A stretch of DNA of 64,000 nt from IMG/VR virus record IMGVR_UViG_3300029288_000067, positions 96,001-160,000 of that record. The stretch is one strand, 5' to 3'. Origin of the DNA: a virus (Duplodnaviria; Caudoviricetes). Position numbers and translations under genes: made by a program. This document shows, piece by piece, positions 56,804 to 64,000 of the stretch; position 1 is the stretch's first letter, and each line of letters begins with the position of its first letter. The notes under the pieces were generated by a model. That model did no database searches. It was given only the letters and a program-made list of their open reading frames with translations, and was not told the DNA's origin.

Positions 56804-57265
56804 TTATACCCCTGTGGATCCGAATCCGCCCCGGGACTCAATAGAAGGGTCAAATTTTTCTACGGAAAATGAATATTTTGGTTGAATGAAAAACTGACAA
56901 ATCCGGGTGCCAGGAAGTAGATGAATTTCTCTCATTGTTGGGGAGGGCACAAACAACACCGGGATTTTCCAAATATCAAGAGCCCCACAATAATCTTCAT
57001 CGATAAGCCCAAGACTATTTACCTGCAACAGATTGAACTTTTTGAAAGTAGAGGATCGGGGTAGAAGGATTGAGTGGAATCCTTCGGGTGGTTTAATAAC
57101 AACCCCGAGGCTCACAAGTTGAAAAGGAATAGACTCACAAAGATATACAGGCTCTACCACCAATAGATCAAATCCAGAGGATTTTTCAGTCTTTATCCCG
57201 GCGTTCTCCGTATACAATTTTTCAACATATGTGTTCTGATAACTTATTTTCAAAATGTTGTTCAT
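56804..57265 (-). CDS. dut: trimeric dUTPase
   Basis: SGFDL, PRSS, GLIDxDYxG, RICQ, RGGFGSTG. Confidence 0.95.
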   Translation of the reverse strand: MNNILKISYQNTYVEKLYTENAGIKTEKSSGFDLLVVEPVYLCESIPFQLVSLGVVIKPPEGFHSILLPRSSTFKKFNLLQVNSLGLIDEDYCGALDIWKIPVLFVPSPTMREIHLLPGTRICQFFIQPKYSFSVEKFDPSIESRGGFGSTGV

Positions 57266-57759
57266 ACAGCATCATCTCCTAAAATGTCCTCAGAAATAAC
57301 TCGCTGAATCTCATCTAATTTTGGATATTTATACGTGTGGGCAGAATGAACGATGTATTTCAATTTTTTCAGATTATTCAGGATTTCATCAAGATCTTTT
57401 TCAAAAAAAGAATAATCGGCTATTGGACCAAAACTAACATTTCGTTCCCGCTCGGTAATCAACCCATTAATAAAGAGATCAATGAGTGCTATCTTCCCCT
57501 CTACGGGGAGATCTCGAAGCCCGTAAATGGCTTCCCAAAAATTAGTTTCCTGAAACAAGTCTAGTAGGGATATTCCCGTGATGCTCTTTCCTTTTTTTGA
57601 GACAAAATATGCTTTATTCAAAAAATTTTCAACATCGGTCAATTCTTTATTTTTTGGACCCTTCCGAAAAATTTTCCCTACTTTAACTTTACGTTTTAAT
57701 TTTGTGGGAGGGGTCATTTTCATACTCACATCTGAATTTGCTCTTTTTTTAGAACTCAT
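57262..57759 (-). CDS. hypothetical protein
   Basis: ATGA overlaps at both ends. Confidence 0.65.
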   Translation of the reverse strand: MSSKKRANSDVSMKMTPPTKLKRKVKVGKIFRKGPKNKELTDVENFLNKAYFVSKKGKSITGISLLDLFQETNFWEAIYGLRDLPVEGKIALIDLFINGLITERERNVSFGPIADYSFFEKDLDEILNNLKKLKYIVHSAHTYKYPKLDEIQRVISEDILGDDAV

Positions 57760-58427
57760 ACTATTTGTCCTTTCAATACTGTATGCAAGTATTCTTTTCC
57801 GTAATCATTTGCCGCTTGGTTGGGATCTTTCCCACTGTAATTCAAAAAATTAAAAGATCTTTTGAAATTTGGGTCAATCGAAACTTCCTGCATTATTTTC
57901 AACACTGCTTTTTTCCCCGCCTCATCGTTGTCGTAACAAATATATATTTTGTTGCTTATTGCCTTCAGAAAAGCACAAAATTTCAAAGAATGCATTGCTG
58001 TGAGAGGGGAGATAACAGGGTATCCCAACTCTCGCAATGTCTCAGCATCCACAAAACCCTCGGTGACAAGCATAGGTTTATTAGGGTCTATTTTATCAAG
58101 TTCCTGAGTAAAGTACAACAAAAATGTTTGTGGATTTATTTTAAATTTATGATACCGGAGCCTTGTTGGATCCTTCCCAATATATCGAACATCGAATCCA
58201 ATAAGGTATGTTGGATTTTCGAAATCCACAATGGGGAAAAATGCACATTCGGTAAAAGTATTCGGGTGATAAAGCCTTCGAAAGCAATTAAATGGCTCCG
58301 AATTTGTATCCGTCAAAACAACCGGAAATTTCAGATTATCTGGATTAATTTTCCGCCCGGATAGATACTTTCTGCCCGCTTCAATATTCCCAGGAGTATA
58401 CAGGATGTTTGCCAATTCGTAGATCAT
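57756..58427 (-). CDS. DnaG-type primase catalytic (Toprim) domain
   Basis: YLxxRxI, FPI, GFxxR, TEGxxD, YDNDEAG, KDPN. Confidence 0.85.
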   Translation of the reverse strand: MIYELANILYTPGNIEAGRKYLSGRKINPDNLKFPVVLTDTNSEPFNCFRRLYHPNTFTECAFFPIVDFENPTYLIGFDVRYIGKDPTRLRYHKFKINPQTFLLYFTQELDKIDPNKPMLVTEGFVDAETLRELGYPVISPLTAMHSLKFCAFLKAISNKIYICYDNDEAGKKAVLKIMQEVSIDPNFKRSFNFLNYSGKDPNQAANDYGKEYLHTVLKGQIV

Positions 58428-59743
58428 TTTACAGGGTGTCCCACACTTATTATTGATGTTGTTGTATACTCATTATCTTCACATTTTACCATCAATGCAT
58501 TTGATTTTCCATTCAGTTCAAAAACTTTCACTTCCGAAGTTTTCACGAATTTCAGAAGGTCAATCATTTTTTCCAAACTGATGTGATATTCCCGGATGCT
58601 TGTATCCGGGCGAGATCGAGAAATATTGATAACATCCTTGGAGCTTGCCCGAACTCCTTCCTTTAACTCCAACAGAAGCGTTGTGGAAGAGCCAGTAGGG
58701 GTTACTGTGAGCTTCACGAGGTTGTTTCTGTCCAAAGAGGCTACTGAGATCTTTATTAGGCTTTTCAGCAAGGTTTCCCGAAGCACAGTGTATGAATCCA
58801 CCGGATCTTCTGAAAGCAGGTTTTTAAGAGAGGGAAACTTTAAAGACGGGATAGAAATTCCAAAGAATACATTTTGGTCCCGGAAGAGATAATAATTTTC
58901 TGTCAGAAACAATCGAGTTTTCGAGGAAAAATATGGAAGAATTTTATTTATTGTGGAAATAGATTCATGCCGAATCTTCAAAGGATTATTCACGAATAGA
59001 TCTGACTTGAACAGCCCAAGATAAGACCCGTTTCCCCCAACAAGAGCCCCATCCCGGCATTCAACAATACCAAAAGGATTATCATTTTGTGATGTTTCTG
59101 TGGAAGAGCACAAGGACATATAAGACAATGCTGTTTTAAGGATCTGTGGGTTCACCTGTTTCTCCAAATCTTTTATCTCTTTTATAGATTTGGAATATTC
59201 CGTGAAGGATACTTCAGGTTCTGTTGGGAGGTCCACCTGTGTTTGCCCGGAAACCACTTGCAATAGATATTTTTCGGGAACATAACAAAAGTTGATGACC
59301 CTCTTTTCAAAGGATGCAACCAGCTTTTGAAAATGAGATAACTCAATAACAAAGAAGTAATTCTTATCAAAACATGTGTTTGTTGATAGAGGGATAAGTA
59401 CTTCTGCAAACCCCTCAGAATTAAACCCAGAAATTTTTAATTGATTCTTGAAAATAACAACCTTTACATTCTTGTTGAGAGTTGTTCCGGAAGAAACAAT
59501 ATTTTTGAGAACTCCACAAGCATATTGCAGATAAGACAAGTCCAAAGCAAATGGGTATTTCCCCGAGGAGGGATATTTGCCAATATCCCGAAATTCGGAA
59601 AAATCCAAGAGATCTTTATTCTCGTAGTATTTATCTTTTAATTCTTGTACAATTGCCCGGGAAGTACTGTCTACTCCTGAAAGACTTTCATCTGCATTCT
59701 GTGGGGTCATCATCTCCGTTATTTTTTGGGAGAGGTTTTCCAT
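58424..59743 (-). CDS. DNA polymerase III beta sliding clamp-like protein
   Basis: Three-domain pattern (LKISGFN.E; FPxxxxL; RxxLLxxLxxI) and position among replication genes. Confidence 0.6.
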   Translation of the reverse strand: MENLSQKITEMMTPQNADESLSGVDSTSRAIVQELKDKYYENKDLLDFSEFRDIGKYPSSGKYPFALDLSYLQYACGVLKNIVSSGTTLNKNVKVVIFKNQLKISGFNSEGFAEVLIPLSTNTCFDKNYFFVIELSHFQKLVASFEKRVINFCYVPEKYLLQVVSGQTQVDLPTEPEVSFTEYSKSIKEIKDLEKQVNPQILKTALSYMSLCSSTETSQNDNPFGIVECRDGALVGGNGSYLGLFKSDLFVNNPLKIRHESISTINKILPYFSSKTRLFLTENYYLFRDQNVFFGISIPSLKFPSLKNLLSEDPVDSYTVLRETLLKSLIKISVASLDRNNLVKLTVTPTGSSTTLLLELKEGVRASSKDVINISRSRPDTSIREYHISLEKMIDLLKFVKTSEVKVFELNGKSNALMVKCEDNEYTTTSIISVGHPVK

Positions 59744-59765
59744 ATGTGTGTATTATTCCTGTGTT

Positions 59766-60110
59766 TTAAATAATCGCCCGAAGTTCCAAAAACATTTTGT
59801 TGAGATTTTCTGTTGCTTCTTTTTCCAAGGCCAACAATTCTTCCATACTCGTGATGTTGTATTCCTTGAAAATTGCCGATAACTTTGCCTGCAGGGTTTT
59901 TTCTTTTTCTGCAATCTGTGCCTCCAACTGGATCAAACTCTTATCAATTGCAGAACAATGTGAAGTAAGGGTATTGTACAGATTGGTTGCCGCTTCTGCG
60001 GATAATGTTGATACATCCACGGAAAAAATATTCTCATACTCCCCCAACTTTTGTTTAAAAAGAACCAATTCTTCAGGGGTCAATTTCTTCTCAATCTCAG
60101 CAAAGTTCAT
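59766..60110 (-). CDS. hypothetical coiled-coil protein
   Basis: GAGG RBS; heptad-rich. Confidence 0.7.
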   Translation of the reverse strand: MNFAEIEKKLTPEELVLFKQKLGEYENIFSVDVSTLSAEAATNLYNTLTSHCSAIDKSLIQLEAQIAEKEKTLQAKLSAIFKEYNITSMEELLALEKEATENLNKMFLELRAII

Positions 60111-60131
60111 TTTATACCTCTTTTATATTAT

Positions 60132-61319
60132 TTACAGTGTGATATCTTTAACCGACCGAAAGGGGTCAACACCTTTGGAGAGGATATCACGCATTGTTTC
60201 TTTTTTCAAGAGTGTTTGCTCTGAGGCTTTAAAAACAGTAATCCCTTTTTCTTTTGCCGAAGGACAAAACTCTACCCCGGGGCAATATGTGCAAGAGCTT
60301 TTATCCGCAGAAAGTTTCAAAAAGTTTGCTCCAAAAACATCAAGATCTGTCCCCATATTACTCTTCAAGAAGTGGGAAATCTCAATGCCCCGCTGCTGAA
60401 TTTTATTCAAATCTTCTTGGAAAGATTGTACATAATCTTGTGAAAAAGAAACATCCTTGGTCTTTCCCTTAGACCATTCCAAGAAAAACATTCTCCCGGG
60501 GATTTTCTTATACCCCTTATAAATCAAAGCACTGTAAAATTTCAATTGCTCATCTTTCACATATGCCGATAGATTGTACTTTCCATCGAATACTTCGTAT
60601 CCATCCTGTATATTTTTAATATCAAGAAATTCAATGGGATTCTCTTTATTGTGAATAAAATCCACATTACCTGTTAAAGTGAAAGGACCATGCTCTACCC
60701 GCAAATACACTTCCGAAAGAGTAGACATAAGATTGATCTTTTGTTCAAGAAACAATTCCAAAATCTTCGGAAGCATATCTTTCAATCTTTTCAGGAGATT
60801 TTCTTTCGAACCATATACAGAATTGAAGATATCCCAATCGATGAAACTGAGTTCAACACTTTTGAATACAGGATCAAGTTTGTATTTATCCCGAATCTCT
60901 TTCATTTTTTGGAATCCATGTGCTTTTTGGAAATAATCCTTTGTCCACTTGAATTCAGGCTCAAATTGCTGATCTACCCGAAAAGCAGATAAATGAAATA
61001 ATGCTTCCAAATTCATTTCAGCCCAACGCAAAATATCTCCCATATAGAGAAAGTTGGGGCGATTGAAAATACGATCATTAACAAAGGACTCGAACAACCT
61101 TTGCAGAATTGTACCAGGAATTGATCTGGATCCCTCTCTTTGTATTGGTGCCGTTGGGTATTTCTCTGAGGGTTTTGCAAAAGTGCGAACAAACCACAAG
61201 CCTTCACACGTTTTTGCCGCATCGTAGGAAGACCAAGAAAGTGTCAGGTGTTTTTTCTCAAATGCTGCCAAAGTTTTATTGACATCAAAAACAATTTTTT
61301 CGGGCTTTAGAAATTCCAT
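60132..61319 (-). CDS. PD-(D/E)XK exonuclease, Cas4/RecB-like
   Basis: LSWS....C, GTxxQ, E, GxVD, DGK, QLxxY, CxYC.....CP. Confidence 0.8.
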   Translation of the reverse strand: MEFLKPEKIVFDVNKTLAAFEKKHLTLSWSSYDAAKTCEGLWFVRTFAKPSEKYPTAPIQREGSRSIPGTILQRLFESFVNDRIFNRPNFLYMGDILRWAEMNLEALFHLSAFRVDQQFEPEFKWTKDYFQKAHGFQKMKEIRDKYKLDPVFKSVELSFIDWDIFNSVYGSKENLLKRLKDMLPKILELFLEQKINLMSTLSEVYLRVEHGPFTLTGNVDFIHNKENPIEFLDIKNIQDGYEVFDGKYNLSAYVKDEQLKFYSALIYKGYKKIPGRMFFLEWSKGKTKDVSFSQDYVQSFQEDLNKIQQRGIEISHFLKSNMGTDLDVFGANFLKLSADKSSCTYCPGVEFCPSAKEKGITVFKASEQTLLKKETMRDILSKGVDPFRSVKDITL

Positions 61320-61867
61320 TTGTCTTTTGCTTCTTTCTCAGATTCACATACAGGTCCTCGGGCATGACAGACATGACAAAGCATCTGATATTGCTCCACC
61401 CGCTTCTTTTTATCCCTGTGTTGGCTTTGAAATTTAGTGATTCTTGCAATGCCTTTCATACAGAAAGGGCACTGATTTTCTTTTCTTTGTGACTTTTCAT
61501 TGGCTACAACAGAGGCAAATCCAATGGTTTCTTGAACTAACTTCATAAGAGCGGGCTTATCTGCTTCCGTAAGATGGATCTTCAAGAATTGGGCATTCTT
61601 CAATAACTCTTGCTGTGCTTTTGTTGTACCTAAAACATCCGGAGTAAAGACTGTTTTTTTCTTCGGGGCCTCTACAACAATTTTTTCCTTTGAAGGCATT
61701 TTTACCCGACAATCTACACATCGAATTGATTCCAAAGAATCCGGATCCCGTTCTGCTTTATGGTTTACGAACCATGTCTCACAAAGCGAGATGGCAGAAG
61801 TTCCCTTAAAAGCATGTCCTTTATGAAATCTAAATTCTTCAATATTCCCATTTACCTTGAAATGCAT
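61307..61867 (-). CDS. protein with C-terminal Lar (restriction alleviation)-like zinc ribbon
   Basis: CPFC...CxxCxARGP.....EA..KWN. Confidence 0.6.
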   Translation of the reverse strand: MHFKVNGNIEEFRFHKGHAFKGTSAISLCETWFVNHKAERDPDSLESIRCVDCRVKMPSKEKIVVEAPKKKTVFTPDVLGTTKAQQELLKNAQFLKIHLTEADKPALMKLVQETIGFASVVANEKSQRKENQCPFCMKGIARITKFQSQHRDKKKRVEQYQMLCHVCHARGPVCESEKEAKDKWNF

Positions 61868-62940
61868 TATTCCTTATCCTTTGTTTTATTTAAAAATTCG
61901 ACTATGATATCGAAGACTTCTTTCTGTAGGTTAATACCCTGCAAATATACCATAGGATCTGAAATAAAGAAAGAGGAGGATTTAGAGATTTCAGATACAT
62001 CTTGCTTCAAATCCATTAATTTTTTCTGTATTTCTTGAGATTTCTCCAATTGCAACTGCAGGGAAACAAGATCAAATATTTCAGAAGATGGCTTAAAATT
62101 GGGGAATGGTTTATAGTTCATCCCAAATTTAAAACCAGTCTCGTCTTCGTCCAAGGTTATGACAGAATATGAGGGAATATGCAAATGCTCCAATATATCT
62201 GTCTGGTTGAAGTAGTCCTTAATAACCCGCCCAACACTCCATGGCTTCGAAGTGATGACATTCTTTGCCACATTCTGAAATGGAGGAAATGATAGATGGA
62301 TATGCCCCATAAGCAAAATGGAATTGTCCGGGAATAGATCCGTGAGTTCTTGGTATGTGAAAGATTCCCACAATTTTATTGCCATGGGTTGAGGGGTTGC
62401 ATCCACATGTACAAGAAACACATATAGGTTATCGCCGGTAGCATTCCCGTATCCCGCTGGGTTGAAATTCTTGAAGAATTCCTTCATTGCAGGGACATTG
62501 AGATAGGGGAGCCCAATAACACACATATTTGTGAACTTCTTGAAAGGCAATGGGATATTTACATAGAATGGGTATGATAGATTTCGAAAAACTCCAGGGA
62601 GAAGATCTGTCAGTGTTTTGTAGGGGGAATCCGGCAAATTAACCACAGCAGATTTCGGGAGATCATGGTTTCCTGGGATGCAAAACATGGGGGGAAAATC
62701 TGCAAAAAGCCTCTGATAATAATTAAGATCTCTAGGGGAATATGCCGCCTGATTCTTCAAATGAAACAAATCCCCAGAGAAGCATGTTGCATCTGCAGCC
62801 TCATCCTTGAAGGTTTGTTTCATTATCTCAATCTCTTGCCTTACATCCTCGTGATAATCCTTTGTTCGAGACTGGGGTATATGATTCAACGGGGATAGAT
62901 GTAGGTCTGTAAAATGGATTATTTTAAACATCAATGACAC
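61867..62940 (-). CDS. Mre11/SbcD-like nuclease
   Basis: TDLH, GDLFH, GNHD, H, GHIH; adjacent to the Rad50-like gene. Confidence 0.9.
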   Translation of the reverse strand: MSLMFKIIHFTDLHLSPLNHIPQSRTKDYHEDVRQEIEIMKQTFKDEAADATCFSGDLFHLKNQAAYSPRDLNYYQRLFADFPPMFCIPGNHDLPKSAVVNLPDSPYKTLTDLLPGVFRNLSYPFYVNIPLPFKKFTNMCVIGLPYLNVPAMKEFFKNFNPAGYGNATGDNLYVFLVHVDATPQPMAIKLWESFTYQELTDLFPDNSILLMGHIHLSFPPFQNVAKNVITSKPWSVGRVIKDYFNQTDILEHLHIPSYSVITLDEDETGFKFGMNYKPFPNFKPSSEIFDLVSLQLQLEKSQEIQKKLMDLKQDVSEISKSSSFFISDPMVYLQGINLQKEVFDIIVEFLNKTKDKE

Positions 62941-64000
62941 CCCTCAAGGGAATTGTTACAAAGCGGGCAGGTTTTGAATTCTTTTTTCTTTTCCAACAAC
63001 AGTGTTTTCAGATGAGTCGCCACCCGTATTTGGCTGTTTTGTTGTGTATTCTCCTCATATCCCACCAAAGACCTTAAAGACTCTTTTACTTTTACCTTGT
63101 GTAAGAAGACTACTGAGATTCCTGACAAAATGCTTCGGAGAATAGGCAAATACTTCCTCTGCCCCCGATCTGCATTTTCTTGCTGCCTTTGCAGGACACT
63201 AATTTCTTTTGTTTTCTGCATCGTTTGCAATTCCTGTCGGACTGTAAAAAGAAGAGTATGAAACTGTGCTAATGGCTTAACCCTCAATTGTTCTGCTTTT
63301 TGTTGCTCTATTTCTTGTTTTACTGAGATTCTTGTGTGTTTTAAATTACCCAATTTTTGAAGATCTTTTGCAAGAATTTGAAATAAATTTTTAAGCTCTC
63401 TGCATGGGGTTATTTGTTTTTTACTCTCAACAACAACCTCTAGCTCCTTTGCGATATTTTGCAATTCCTGCAAAGATGCCTTTATTCTTTTATCCACAGC
63501 AAGAGATGCTTCCACGGAGGTTATTGTTTTTTCCAAAGTATCCGACTTAATTTCCAAATCTTGCACGGAATCTTCCAGAACTTTTTTATTTTCCCCAAGA
63601 ACAATCAAATTACTCTCATGCTCTTTCAATGCTTTATTCTTCTTTATGGAGTCTGTTTTCAATTCCCGCAATGCTCTCTCAAATCGAGAAATGTCAAAGA
63701 CCTTGTTCAAAAAAGAGGTTGCTTCTACATCTGTTGCAGTGATAAGAAAAAGTTTGTCCAACTGCCCCCGGAAGTTGAGGTTGAAAAAATCCCCCCGCTC
63801 GGTTTCCACCTCTTTTAAAGCTAAATCTGCAAAAACTTCGGGAACCCCTTCTTTACCCACCTTTGGATAAACCTTAGAGGTACCATCATCGAAATACAAG
63901 GTGTATGAATTTTCAGGCTTTTTCAATACAATCTTTGATATATTGAAATTAGGGAACAATTCTATCAATCTTGGAGATTTATTCATAACCTCCAAGGAAA
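62931..64000 (-). CDS. Rad50/SbcC-like protein, N-terminal half (5' end outside the window)
   Basis: KVG...VP, Q-loop-like NFRGQLDKLFL, long coiled coil, ends at the CPLC zinc hook. Confidence 0.75.
   Translation of the reverse strand, partial: SLEVMNKSPRLIELFPNFNISKIVLKKPENSYTLYFDDGTSKVYPKVGKEGVPEVFADLALKEVETERGDFFNLNFRGQLDKLFLITATDVEATSFLNKVFDISRFERALRELKTDSIKKNKALKEHESNLIVLGENKKVLEDSVQDLEIKSDTLEKTITSVEASLAVDKRIKASLQELQNIAKELEVVVESKKQITPCRELKNLFQILAKDLQKLGNLKHTRISVKQEIEQQKAEQLRVKPLAQFHTLLFTVRQELQTMQKTKEISVLQRQQENADRGQRKYLPILRSILSGISVVFLHKVKVKESLRSLVGYEENTQQNSQIRVATHLKTLLLEKKKEFKTCPLCNNSLEGCH

Noticed and set aside
60132-61319. Cas4-like gene as evidence of a CRISPR-Cas system
   Set aside because: No cas1/cas2 or array seen; the context is recombination/replication
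1-64000. Plus-strand ORFs in the track (e.g. 15074-15997, 31287-31979, 25186-25833, 29631-30251)
   Set aside because: They lie antisense to well-supported minus-strand genes and show no recognisable motifs; treated as shadow ORFs
1-64000. tRNA, rRNA or structured ncRNA genes
   Set aside because: Intergenic gaps are short and explained by promoters and terminators; no cloverleaf seen by eye (tRNAscan-SE/Infernal not run)

Overview
This 64-kb window is part of a large contractile-tailed (myovirus-type) bacteriophage genome. Genes are densely packed and essentially all on the minus strand, so transcription runs from high to low coordinates. In transcription order it holds: (i) replication, recombination and nucleotide genes at about 53.7-64 kb (half-Rad50/SbcC, Mre11/SbcD, Cas4-like nuclease, beta-clamp-like protein, Toprim primase, dUTPase, dNMP kinase); (ii) tail tube, chaperone, tape measure and baseplate genes at 42.5-53.6 kb; (iii) an array of accessory genes at 33.5-42.5 kb that nearly all start with the same peptide, M-I-x-K-[YF]-S-x-L; (iv) prohead protease, scaffold, decoration and major capsid genes at 29.4-33 kb, followed by an HNH/Hef-like endonuclease; (v) accessory blocks driven by nine near-identical sigma70-type promoters (TTGAAGTTT-N12-GGTAATAT), interleaved with neck genes, a second group of MIxKYSxL genes (11.2-13.8 kb) and the tail sheath. 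The most striking signal is the shared N-terminal peptide on 14 or more otherwise diverse proteins (ART-like, SprT-like, hydrolase-like, WCT-motif). It is conserved at protein level and also occurs internally at domain junctions. I interpret it as a candidate capsid-targeting signal for virion-packaged effectors. Other points: a candidate +1 programmed frameshift in the tail chaperone, a dispersed RNA-repair/alarmone toolkit, a frameshifted vWA gene, and an endonuclease relic behind a 26-bp tandem duplication. I saw no tRNA, rRNA or CRISPR array. All product calls come from motif recognition by eye; no database search was run.
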